Source: Amoebidium appalachense
Taxonomy: Eukaryota; Protista; Ichthyosporea
NCBI GenBank assembly: GCA_963693365.1
Contig: CAVNZM010000002.1
Location: 17,145,615-17,209,614, forward strand
Direction of reading: 5' to 3'
Length of the DNA stretch: 64,000 nt
Shown: piece after piece, positions 1 to 22,199 of the stretch
Layout of the letters: each line of letters begins with the position of its first letter
How positions within the stretch are numbered: position 1 is the first letter of the stretch
The notes under the pieces: model-generated
The model's input: the letters and a program-made list of their open reading frames with translations, nothing else
What the model was told of the DNA's origin: nothing
Database searches by the model: none
Position numbers and translations under genes: made by a program

Positions 1-10422
<10,422 letters not shown>

Positions 10423-10511
10423 CTGTTGGGATTGGTGGTATGGTTAGAACAGGGTGGTTTAGGATGGATGTGAGTTGCATGTGTGTGTGTGTGTGTGTGT
10501 ATGTGTGTCTG

Positions 10512-10632
<121 letters not shown>

Positions 10633-10939
10633 TACGCGTGTGCATGTGCATGCATGTGTGTGTGTGTGTGTCCGCGCACATGCATCTGTATGTGGGTGCG
10701 TGAGTGTCTGTGAATGTACGTGCGAGAGTGTAGGTGTGTGTGCCCATGTTGTTTGTGTGTGTTCGTGCTCTTGTGTGATTCGATGTGTTTGTGTGTGTGT
10801 GTGTCTTTGTGTGTTTGTTTGTGCTTGTGCCGGTGTGCACGCCTGTATGTTCAATGAGAGAGGGCGGGAGGGGAAAAGGGAAAAAAAGAAAGAGAGAGAG
10901 AGAAGAGCGAGACAGACACACACACACCGAGAGAGAGAG

Positions 10940-11027
<88 letters not shown>

Positions 11028-13094
11028 TGTGTGTGTCTGTGGGCTGTGTGTGGGGCCTGTGTGTGTGCATGTATGCGTGTGAGCATAAGTGCACACACAT
11101 TCCGTGTGTGTTGTGTGTGCGCGCGCGTGTGTGCATGCTGTGTTTGGGTTTTTTTTTTTTCCTTTTTGGTGTGTGTGTGGGGGGGGGGAGGGGTGGGGGG
11201 GGGGAGGAGGGACGGTGAGGAGGAGGTAAACTCGTATCAATGTAGGAGCAATAATGAGTGTCTACTAGTGTCTGTGTGTCTACTGCAAAGTATGCAGGCA
11301 AGAACAAACCTGAGCTTCCCAGGTAGCGGTCCCCCCTTCCCCCCCCCCCCCCCCCCCCCCCCCCCTCTACCCACCAACCCCTCCTTCTTTTCCATCCTTG
11401 GAGGGGGGGGGGGGGGGGGGGGGGGGAGGGGAGGGGGGGGGGAGGACAGGATTAGCGACCGGGTAGCCCAAGAGGTATGTAAAAGGAGATCCCCATGGGG
11501 GTTGTTAGGGGAAGGACGGAAGGAGTGAAGGAGTAGAGCGGCCCAAGGAGACCAGGTGCTAGTGTGGAGGGGGAGGGGGGGAGGGGGGCAAGGGTGGGAG
11601 GAGGGGGGAGGGGGGGAGAATAGCCTACCGGGAGCTTTACTGCCGAGGCAGGCTGGGGCGGTGGGGCAGCCATGGCGGCCATGTTTGGCTACGGCCACAG
11701 AGCCCTCCCCCCGTGCACGTGCGTGCCTGCACCCTGTAGCATACACGTGGTCAGAAAAACCTATGCCCTGCACTAAGCCTCGGCCAACTCCCATGTTGAC
11801 CAGCGGCAACCCCCCCCCTCCCCCCCCCCCCCCCCCCCCCTCTCCCCTCCCTCCCTTCCCCCCTTCCCCCGCCACCATCACCACCACCACGACGACCCCG
11901 GGCCTCTTGGCAGCGTCTCTCTCCTGCAACAATCACCCGAACTATTTTCTGCACCTCTTTCAAACTGGCGTTGAGCTTTAGGTGGGAAAAACAAAAAAAA
12001 CGACAAAAGAAAGCCTGTGTGGCTGGTGGATACCCTCCACTCCCTTGAGACTGCTACCCTGGCACAGGGAAACATAGATTGCTCTTTGCCCAAACTCCTT
12101 TTGACGTTTTCATATCTGCTGTATCTGAAACTCATCCTGGCACAGCCTTCCATCAACGACGAAAATTCACGTATATGTCAGAGTTGTAGCGCTACCGTGG
12201 AAGAAGGAATCAAATATTTGTCTCGCTCCCTCCGTCTACCCTCCATTCCCACACAACCTTCTCCTCCTATTTCCAGCTTGTTCCCACAGTGTTTATACCG
12301 AACTAACGCCCGAAAATACTCCGAGAAATCTGTCATTAAGGTGCAAAATCACGAATCGATATTGTCTCCGGTGTGGCACAAGGACGTTGTGCACTTGGTG
12401 AAACGCTGAAACATGGTTGATTGGACCAAACTGAATGGCAACCAGATCATTTGTCAGCTCATTTATTTCCTGCTAATGAACAATCAACCTCATAAATCTC
12501 GTTTTCCACGCTCCCTTGGTCACCAGGAGAGCTCAGATAGTTCCGTTATGTTCACGTGAACACTTTCAAATTGTACGCTTGTTTCAAGCAGCTTGAAAGC
12601 AGAAGTGCAGTGTTGGGTACAGCCACAGATGCAAAGTTTATAGCCTCCATGATCTGTGTTTGTGGCACGTCCACAGATGGCCCACTGTATTTCTCCAAAA
12701 AACATGGCCACATCACAGAGTCAGGCCAATGGAAAGTATCGAACAATGGGGTTTGTTATATGATGGCACGTTCGCACGAAGATGCGGCCTGCAAGCAAGC
12801 GCAAGCAACCTCCTTAAACGCTAAGGCGCGTCGTCTGCACGCCTATTCCGCATCTACAGTCAAAAGCGCGTGTTCCGTGACCGTGTAGATTGATTACCTC
12901 CCAAGGGCGACTGGAACCGCAGATTCACAAAGGTCGTGTTGCCTGCACTAGCAAGCCCACAGGACAATGCTTATGCGTGGAAGAAAGAGCTTTATATGCA
13001 GCTATAGTTCTTACAGCGACTAATTGCCTTGCCGCCTTGTTCAAACTAATACTTTCCTCTTTTGTTCAACACTTCACTTCCTGCGACTCTGTGT

Positions 13095-13327
13095 CATGGA
13101 TGCACCAAAAGTTTCACAGGCCGGTCCTGTTCGGGTTTCAATTCTTCCGGGTCGGGTACGGTCGGTCACGAAAACTCAGAACCCCGGTCGGTCGGTCACC
13201 GGGTCGCGCAATTTCCGAAGCGGGTCGGTCATCGGGCCGACCGGCATAAAAACCTCGGGTGTTCTCTGCAGACTGGTTGGACGGTGTGTTTCAAGTGTTT
13301 GAATACCGTGTGTGTGCGCGCGCGCTT

Positions 13328-13381
<54 letters not shown>

Positions 13382-13747
13382 GTTTGCGTGTGTGTCATGG
13401 TGTGTGTGTGTGTATGTTTGTGTGTATGTGTGTCTTTGTGTGCGTGTGTGTGTGTGTACGCGTGGTACACGTACATGTCACGCGTGTGTGCGTGTGAGTA
13501 TTGTCATGTGTGTGTGCGTGTGTGTGACGGTGTGACTGTGTGTGTGTGTGTGTGTGCCATGCTGTGTGTCAGTCAGCGTGTGTCGTAGGCTGAGAGAGAG
13601 AGAGAAAGAGAGAGAGAGAGAAAGGGAGAGAGAGAGAGAGAGAGAGAGACTGGAGAGAAAGAGAGAGCCTGAGAGAGCTGGGAGAGAGAGAGAAAAAAAG
13701 AGAGAGACTCTGAGAGAGAGAGAGAGATCTAGAGCTCGAGAGGGAGG

Positions 13748-13789
<42 letters not shown>

Positions 13790-13824
13790 CGCGATCGGGG
13801 AGAGAGAGAGAGAGAGAGAGAGAT

Positions 13825-13891
<67 letters not shown>

Positions 13892-14254
13892 GGGGGGGAG
13901 AGAGAGTCTGAGAGAGGGAAAGGGAGAGAGTGAGAGTGTGTGTGCGTGTGTGTGTGCGTGTGTGTGTGTGTTTGTGTGTTTCTTGTGCAGGAAACACAAG
14001 GAAAATTGTACTACCCTACCTCGAGCCCCCCTGCCTGAAGCTCCGCCCGGTGACCCTGCCGGACTTTGACCCCGGACCGGGTCGGTCACGGGCCGACCCG
14101 ACCGGGTATCTTTAGCTCCCGGGTATCGGCTAAAATGGGCTCAGTCGACCGACCGACCCGACGATTGGCCGGTCCCGGGTCGGGCCGACCGACCGGATGC
14201 ATCCCTGCCAAGGCCTCCTAAATAGCACACCTATTTAGGAGGCCTTGATCCCTG
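13095..14254. mobile_element. hAT-like non-autonomous DNA transposon
   Basis: Termini catggatgca / tgcatccctg; dense subterminal CGGTCGG/CCGACCG/ACCCG repeats at both ends; decayed TSD-like flanks ctctgtgt / ctcgtgtg; interior filled with microsatellites. Confidence 0.65.
14209..14247. mobile_element. 39-bp minimal TIR element (P- or hAT-like) with perfect 8-bp TSD
   Basis: 17-bp perfect inverted repeat caaggcctcctaaatag-cacac-ctatttaggaggccttg, flanked by atccctgc at 14201-14208 and 14248-14255. Confidence 0.75.
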
Positions 14255-15306
14255 CTCGTGTGTTCTTCCAAACTGAACTGAGCCGAGTGACTTCGCCTCA
14301 GCTGACTCCAATAAGAATGTTATTAAAAATAGATTTCCAAACAAGATTGCCCAATCACTGCGTATAAATGTCCTAGCGAACCATTTTTGGCCACTGCTTG
14401 AGCTAATGACCAATGTAAATGGCTATTGGTCACGGTCCTGATAATTCCGACTTCAGGAACTGAGCCGCCTGGATGTACCTTCCACTAGAAGGCACACGAA
14501 TTTAAGGCTCGATCGGAATCGATTGACCTAGCTATAATATCCAATTGTTAGCAATCCTTGAAATTTTATAGTTTGATCTAAGACCAACCGATTTGATGAT
14601 TGGTCGACTTCAAAATTTCAATTCGATCGTCATCTGGTTAAAAATTTCTTTAATCGGAAACACGTGAAAAAATACATGTATCATAATAATACTTTTTCTA
14701 TTTGCGCGTCACTAGCGAACAAATGGCATCACTCAATAGAGAAAACAAATAGCTATAAGGTTTGATGGGGTTGTGATCGGTGCGAAGGGTCGAAAATTAC
14801 GAAAAACAAAGTGTGTCTTCTCGTAGAAGGTTACAATTGGCTCGAGGCTCAGCTGCAGGCAGAAAAGTTGGCACACTTTTGTTGGCTGGGAGCCAAATGT
14901 ATTTTCGGGTTGACGGGGTGTCTATACTTGAACAATTGTTAAAGAGTGAGAAGACGATAGTTCAGTAAGTGTTGTGTGCCTATACATACTGGTGGGTGTG
15001 TGTAACGGGAAGCCCGGAGGCTAGGGTGGTAAATGGGTAAGGGGATGAGGGGGGGGGGGGGGGGGGAGGGGGGGGGGGGCCCGGGGGGGAGAGGGGGGAC
15101 TTTATGTGCTGCCATATCCATGGTCTGCAAAACCTTTCCCATGGTTTTTGTTACAGTAGCTACCTCCCCCCCCCCCCCCCCCTTTTCCCCTTTCTCCCTT
15201 GATTCCCCTTCCCGCAACACTTATTTTCTTTTCTGTCCTATTCAATTTTGAATGAAGCACTAAGGCAGGAGGGTGATGAGATGGGGTTCCCGGGGGAGGG
15301 GATCTG

Positions 15307-15339
<33 letters not shown>

Positions 15340-15478
15340 ATGTGTGTGTGTTTGTGCGTGTGCGTGTGTGTGTATGTGTGTGTATGTGTGTGCGTGTGTG
15401 TGTGGGTGGGTGGGTGTGTGTGGGTGTGCATGTGTGGGTGTGTGCATGTGTTTGCGGGGAAGAATGGAGAGGGGGGAA

Positions 15479-15531
<53 letters not shown>

Positions 15532-15684
15532 TCGATGAGAGCAAGTCCGAGTCGGCCACGTTTGTCCCAAGCCACCTCCGAGTCTCCATCATACAACTTT
15601 TCGTGTGCCCGAGACCTTGTGGACATGAGGGAAAGTATTGGAGTGATGGTTGTGTCTTTGTGTGTGTGCATGTGTGTGTGTGAT

Positions 15685-15721
<37 letters not shown>

Positions 15722-16162
15722 TGGCTGAAGGGTAATGATATGTGAGATTGTATACATAGCACACCGTTTATTCAGCAACTTGTGTGTGCGTACGTAGGCC
15801 CCTGCATATCATATGTACACACACACAGGTCCATCGACTGCATGTACAGCAGACACTTGCACAGCCCAGACTCTAAAATGCAGTGATTCACGTAGAGAGA
15901 ATGACCACAGATGTAGCTCATAATTATTTCTTGAATAGGACTCGCAATGTTCTACAAAAGCATGCATGCAACATTGCAACAGGGCTTCCACTGAATGATC
16001 AGTACCACAATGCATGCCTTTCTAGCGGCTCGTATTTTCCATGAAATTACAAAGAATAAGTTAAGAATAAAGAAGAGGGAATACGTGATCATGGGCAAGA
16101 GAAGTAGCAGAGCAAGGTTCTGCTATCATACACGTCACCCGCTATTTCCAGCCTTAGAAGAT

Positions 16163-16209
<47 letters not shown>

Positions 16210-16848
16210 ACCCACCCACCCACCCACCACCACCGCTGCCGCCGCCTCCTCTTGCCACAAATACAGACAAGCACCAAAAACCAACAACCACAATGGGTTA
16301 AAAAAGCATACAAAAAAAAGGCACAGTGAAAATTTCAACAGTAAAAATGCAAGATAGCGGAATTCACATAATTCAAGAATTTTCAATCTGTAAATACGCA
16401 ACCGCACAACTACCTCCCCCTTGCACTGCCTACATGGATCCCCGGCAAGAAAATAGCGCCCTGGGTTCATAATACCCCAGTTTGGATGGGTCAGTTCAGA
16501 TCGGGCTACATTAGTGCAACGCATCTATGTTACCGATACCGGGCATGGCCACAGACAAAATAAGTAAAAATAAAATAAAAAACAAATAATAGACATGACA
16601 AAAGGCCTGATAATGGACTAATACGCCATTTAATATTTATGATAGAGCAATTCATAGACCTGGAATAAGGCTCAAAAATAGACATAACAATAGAAATAAT
16701 GGGGCCAACAATATATAATATGTTAATCTCTATGCAGCGCTGTCAAGCGAATACCCAAGGAATCAGGGGAGATATTACGTGAGGAGTGGCCGGGTTCATA
16801 CATGATGGTTACTGGCTGGCTTTCACGGTACCGCTGGATCAGGCCCCT

Positions 16849-16896
<48 letters not shown>

Positions 16897-17012
16897 GGGG
16901 GGAGGGGGGGGGGGAAGAAGGGGGGTTTTGAATGCGTCAAAAAGTACGAAGTACACAAGAACAAACGGATAACACGATGCAGAATGCAAGCCATACATAA
17001 AGAGTATGCATA

Positions 17013-17167
17013 ATAAGCAGAGCCCATCCTCAGGGGGGGCCCACGTCATCCACAGTACCCGAGTTTCGACCTATTCCCCTCGTTAACGAAACCCAACTCA
17101 GATACTGTTTCACTTGAACATGAGTAGGTCACCCGTCTTGATCAGAGACGAGCAGGGTTGCTTATGC
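17013..17167 (-). ncRNA. Putative non-canonical (split-core) hammerhead-like ribozyme in the pLTR; also at 22602-22755 and 23083-23237
   Basis: Sense order UCUGAGUU-GGG...GGUC-GAAAC-UCGGG...CCC-CUGAGGA-U-GGGCUC, closed by AUAAGCA/UGCUUAU; see findings. Confidence 0.6.
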
Positions 17168-17727
17168 AGGCAAGGGCAGTGGGAAAGGCCGGGGGTTAAA
17201 GTTGCAGCAGTAAGCAGAAGCAAGAAAAATATAGATAGGAACTCAGGAGACGGGGCTTCTAGGAAGCTCCCCCGTCGATACCTAAGTCGATACTTCCCTG
17301 GCTAACATACTACACCAGCTGAAAAGAATTAAGTCCCGAAGGCCACAGAATTCGTAATCAGAGGGGAAAATATGAGATTTGACCCACGCCGCAGGGTAGT
17401 AACACGCTTACTAGGGCGGAACTTTATCGTCTTCGAACGGAAAGCTATGCCCCCGGATGTCAGCCGGAAATATGGTATCACCCATTGCTTTGGGCTTGAA
17501 AAAAGCCAAACCGATAGTCCGAGTTATGTTACGCCGGCGGGTAACATGCCGCATGGGTTCCAAGGGAGCTGTCGCCAACAGAGCGGTGTGTGCATGCGTG
17601 CGCGTAACGCAATGTGTGAAGTGTGTCTATAGCTATGAAAGGGGGTATGCAGAAGTGGACAGATGAAGTGTGTGGAGAGAAAAACAGTAAGAAGAAAAGT
17701 AGACACCGGTATGTGCAACCCCGCACA

Positions 17728-17762
<35 letters not shown>

Positions 17763-17823
17763 AATAAGCGAAGATTACAGGTAATCAACCAGAACAACAA
17801 ATGACAAGCAAAACAACAGGCGC

Positions 17824-17857
<34 letters not shown>

Positions 17858-17862
17858 AGGAA

Positions 17863-17960
<98 letters not shown>

Positions 17961-18475
17961 GGAGAGAGGGAGAGAGAGAGAGAGAGAGAGGTGGGGGGGG
18001 GGGGGGGGGGAGGGGGGGGAGGGGGGGGGGAGGGGGAGGGGGGTCTTAGGGATGCTGCAGAATCGTCAGATATTAGACAAATCGTACCAATACGATCATT
18101 CTCTCATATATGTGAGAAGATTGTGACTAACGATGTGCAGATCTGGTTAAGACCTGTTGGGTGTGCAGAGAAAATGGGAGGGGAAGGAGGAGGGAAAGGG
18201 GGAGGGGGGGGGGGGGGGAAGTAAGAGAGGGGAGGGAATGTTAGAGTGTCAGTAGTCTCAGGGGACCCTGCAGAGTCGTTAGATGTCAGACAAAAACGCA
18301 CCAACGACCAAGTTCTCCGAGGGGAGAAATGCGTAAAACGTTCTGCAGAGTGGGTTAGAGACCTGCTGATGAGAAGAGTGTATACAGGGTTTGGCCAGGG
18401 GGGGGGGGGGGGGGGGGGAAGGGGGGGGAAAAAGAAGGTAGGAGGGGAAGGGGGGGGGGGGGGGGAGGAGAAGGG

Positions 18476-18517
<42 letters not shown>

Positions 18518-18525
18518 GGAAAAAA

Positions 18526-18557
<32 letters not shown>

Positions 18558-18583
18558 GGGAGGGGGGGGGGAGGGAGGGAGGG

Positions 18584-18620
<37 letters not shown>

Positions 18621-18747
18621 CTGTGGTGGACAGATCAGAGACGAGACCTCCATTTCAAAACTTACCAGGCAACCCAAAAAACCTAGCCGGCTGAGAAAGA
18701 AGAACGGCGGGGGAATTGTTTGGGAAAAGGAGCGGGGGGAGAGAGAG

Positions 18748-18778
<31 letters not shown>

Positions 18779-18980
18779 GGGGAAGGGGGGGGGGGGAGAG
18801 GGGGAGAGAGGGGGAGAGGGAGAGAGAGAGAGAGGGAGGGAGAGAACGAGAGAGAACGAAAGAGAGCGAGAGAGGGAGACAGAGAGAGAGAGAGGGAGGG
18901 AGAGAGAGGGAGAGGGAGAGAGAGAGGGAGAGAGAGAGGGAGGGGGGGAGGGGGGGGGGGGGGAGGTGTAGGGGCTGGTA

Positions 18981-19015
<35 letters not shown>

Positions 19016-19034
19016 ACCGGGATAGAGTGGGGGA

Positions 19035-22000
19035 CTAGGGAGTGTTGATCTTTTTAGTGATGATGGAGAGTATGTGAGAGGAGTGAACGCCACGGTATAT
19101 GTGCGGGTGTGTGGCGAGAAAGCTGTGCATTTTGTGGTGCAAGAGTCTAAACGAGTAGCCTTTGTTAAGCAATGTTTTAGCAAGTCGTGCAGTGCATGTG
19201 GTGAATGCAGCAAGTGTGGAGCATTTGCGCTGGTAGCTATGCATTTGACTTGTCATGATGCCGTATTTTGCAGTGCGGGAGATGAATGAGTCGTGATGTG
19301 GGAAACGAACGATGTCTAGTGTATTGAACGTGGGTGTGTCGAGCTTGTTGTAGATGGTTGTGTGAATGCCGTGATTAGTGCAGGTGATATGCAAGTCGAG
19401 GTAGGGGACAGAGGGGGAGGAACCGGCAGGGTTGAGTTGAAGGCTGGTCTTGGGATATAGACCGAAATCACAATCTTCTAAATAGAGGTGGGAGAGAATG
19501 CGAGGATTATGAAGGGAGATCAAATCATCTATGTAGCGGCGAGTAAACTGAAAATCTACCAAGACATCAATGCGTTCGTGTGCAATAAGCTTGCGAACAA
19601 AATCCAACTCATAAGTAAAGAGATAGAAATTAGCCAAGAAAACAGCACAGTTTGTACCCATGGGGATACCAATGTCCTGTTTGTAGAGGGTATCGCCAAA
19701 CACAACATATATGTTATCTACGAGGAAACATAGAAAATCCACAAGCTGTGCCTTAGAGAGATGTAGAGAGTGTTCTTTAGGCTCAAAGGAATCATCCTGG
19801 GAATCATCATCTACACGATCCACCCAGGACAACGTGGAGCCGGTTTTCTTAATAAACATGTGTGGTTTGCGAGCGTCCGTGCATTTTTTGACAAATATTG
19901 CGTCAATCAGTGTAGTGAGGCGAGCTTTCAAATCATGCAAGTCAATCTTGGTGTAGAGTGTGGAAAAATCAAACACAGACACGGGCGTATTTTCATGTTG
20001 GCGTGTGGTACGGTTAAGGGCGTTGATTGTGTGTGTGAGTGCGGTGCTATCCGTGAGAATCCAAGAGCTAGTGTTGTGTGGCAGGTGGGGTTTGACAACA
20101 TCACACCACATACGTTCGACATCAGGGGAGACGAACTTAAACACACTAGTGAGAAGGCGGGAGAGAGGTTCAAGTGATGTGGCAGAGGAGTTGGCAATGA
20201 AACGGAAGGTGGGTGGTGTTTTGTGCATTTTAACTATGGCCTGAAATGTGGGCAAGCGTGCAGTGCGACGTCCTGGTGTGCCTTTTATGTCATGTGTTTT
20301 GAGAAATGCAAGGTGTTGTGCAACAATGTCTTTTGGTGCAGTGTTGCAGACGGTGTATGTTGCGGCAGGTGCATGCAGTTCGGCTGTAATGCTGCTAACG
20401 TAGTGTTTTTTGCAGACGATCACGAACGTGTTGCTAGCTTTATCCATTGTGGTGACTACGAAACGTTTTTGGAAGCGACGCAGTAGAAGCACAGAAGCTT
20501 GTGGTACGGTGTGTGTGTTGGGTGCGTGTTGTGCATATGGCAGGAAGGGGCGACACTTAGTAAAGACGGCGGCTGCCCACGGATTCAAAGAGGGATAAGC
20601 TGCCATACCAAGATCGTACATCTTGTTACAGAAACTTTGCAACGCCTGTGTCAATAAATTGCTACAGGTGGTGTCCTCCGTCTGCTCGACCTGCATTCGG
20701 AACTTGGTTCCAAAATGCATGAGCGATGCAAAGTCTGCGGGCAGGCCGGGAATGTCTAAGCGCGATGTAAGCACGTGTCCGTGTTGTGGGTGTACGTATG
20801 GCGCATAGTGCGGGTCGTTGCAAGGGCAGGGTTGTGCATGGATGTTTGCTATGGTGTCCTGCGGGAGTCGTGCGGTGTGTTTGCAGTTGATAGTGGTGTA
20901 GCCCAGGGTAGACACATATTTCCACACAGCAGAGATACGGAATTTACGCATTTCAAGCGGCAGGAGAGCATGTATTTCTTTGTCTTTGATGATGCGTTGC
21001 AAAGGGATTCTATCGAGCCCGGAGTTATGAAACACAGACACCAACATCACATGGGGTTGCGACATGTCAACACGTTCAAGTTCAAAACGACTACGTAATT
21101 CACGTTTGAGGCACGCAGCAATCTGTGAAAGGCGAGGTTGAGCAATGCCGGTGGGGAAAGCAAGGAGGTGCTCCTTCATCCTAACGATGTTGGAGGTGTT
21201 AAAGCGGTGTAGATATGCAGAGGAAAAGATACCACGAGACATAAGACTATCGATGTGCAGTAGGCGGCGTGTGAAGCAGCGCGAAAGAAACATGCGTGAG
21301 GGGTGTATAGGAGGCAGGTTGAGTGCAGGTGCAGGTGCAGGTGCAGGAGAGGGTGGAGGGGGTGTAGGAGGGGGTGTGTTGTGGAGAGCAAGCCGTGCAC
21401 GCATATACAGCATGGGGTTGTGCACACGTGTAAAACGATTGCGCGATTGGCGGTGGCTTCGGTATTGCGAATTATAGCCGGTAGTAGGTACGTGTGCTTG
21501 CAGTATGTGAGTCCAGAAACGTTCCCTAGCGAGACGCTGCGTTTTATCAGTGTCAGCGTTTGTGCGTGGAAGCTGTTCGATTGGAAACATAATGAAGCTC
21601 TCGTGCCCGTACTTAGCCATATCCCAGTAGAGTGGACGGTTGTGCTCTTTGTGCTTGAAAAGAGCCCATTTTCTACTGTTTTGCGAATGCCGCTGGAATC
21701 TTTCAAAAGCGGATTTGCTAGTTTCACCAACGTAGCACCTGCCAATCGTTTTGTGAAACACAACATAGATGACGTTGGTGTCGTGAATAGGATGTAGTGC
21801 ATGCTTGGTGAGGGAGTGTTTGAGTTGCAGACGCCAGAGACGTTTAAGCATGGGGTGAGTGCGATTCAGGACGGTGTTTGTGTAGGGACCTGCAAGTTGT
21901 TGCCATGAGATGGTGCGAGGGGCGTTGGTGTAAGCATGTGAGGTGTTGTGTGCATTGTAGAAAGCAGACACGTGTTTGCGGCTAAGTTGGCGAGAGTGGC

Positions 22001-22199
22001 GTTGTGTGGAAAACGTTTCCCTTGGTGGAGCCACACCTCCACCGAAGGGGCCAGATCCGAGAACGGTTGGAGCCAATCGAGCGCATTTGCCAACACCATA
22101 TCGAGCGCTCTCTCCCCCCCAAAGGGGAAAGCGATATAGAGGGGTGCTTGTTAATCCGGGCGACCACCCAGCCGGCATGAATAATAGATTGGACGTCAT
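19035..22199 (-). CDS. PLE polyprotein: GIY-YIG endonuclease + CxC linker + reverse transcriptase
   Basis: Uninterrupted ORF (first ATG 22199; frame open from 22238). GIY-YIG: VIYVVF..CYVGET..ERFQRH..RERFW..GYN, without CCHH cysteines. Linker: CPCND..HGHVLT. RT: DKASN, KMHK..FRFI, FDFSTLYT, GIPMGTNCAVFLAN, RRYIDDL, YLDL. Confidence 0.95.
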   Translation of the reverse strand: MTSNLLFMPAGWSPGLTSTPLYRFPLWGGESARYGVGKCARLAPTVLGSGPFGGGVAPPRETFSTQRHSRQLSRKHVSAFYNAHNTSHAYTNAPRTISWQQLAGPYTNTVLNRTHPMLKRLWRLQLKHSLTKHALHPIHDTNVIYVVFHKTIGRCYVGETSKSAFERFQRHSQNSRKWALFKHKEHNRPLYWDMAKYGHESFIMFPIEQLPRTNADTDKTQRLARERFWTHILQAHVPTTGYNSQYRSHRQSRNRFTRVHNPMLYMRARLALHNTPPPTPPPPSPAPAPAPALNLPPIHPSRMFLSRCFTRRLLHIDSLMSRGIFSSAYLHRFNTSNIVRMKEHLLAFPTGIAQPRLSQIAACLKRELRSRFELERVDMSQPHVMLVSVFHNSGLDRIPLQRIIKDKEIHALLPLEMRKFRISAVWKYVSTLGYTTINCKHTARLPQDTIANIHAQPCPCNDPHYAPYVHPQHGHVLTSRLDIPGLPADFASLMHFGTKFRMQVEQTEDTTCSNLLTQALQSFCNKMYDLGMAAYPSLNPWAAAVFTKCRPFLPYAQHAPNTHTVPQASVLLLRRFQKRFVVTTMDKASNTFVIVCKKHYVSSITAELHAPAATYTVCNTAPKDIVAQHLAFLKTHDIKGTPGRRTARLPTFQAIVKMHKTPPTFRFIANSSATSLEPLSRLLTSVFKFVSPDVERMWCDVVKPHLPHNTSSWILTDSTALTHTINALNRTTRQHENTPVSVFDFSTLYTKIDLHDLKARLTTLIDAIFVKKCTDARKPHMFIKKTGSTLSWVDRVDDDSQDDSFEPKEHSLHLSKAQLVDFLCFLVDNIYVVFGDTLYKQDIGIPMGTNCAVFLANFYLFTYELDFVRKLIAHERIDVLVDFQFTRRYIDDLISLHNPRILSHLYLEDCDFGLYPKTSLQLNPAGSSPSVPYLDLHITCTNHGIHTTIYNKLDTPTFNTLDIVRFPHHDSFISRTAKYGIMTSQMHSYQRKCSTLAAFTTCTARLAKTLLNKGYSFRLLHHKMHSFLATHPHIYRGVHSSHILSIITKKINTP

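Noticed and set aside
14780-14968. Possible first exon of a plus-strand gene (GTAAGT donor)
   Set aside because: No supported downstream exon or motif.
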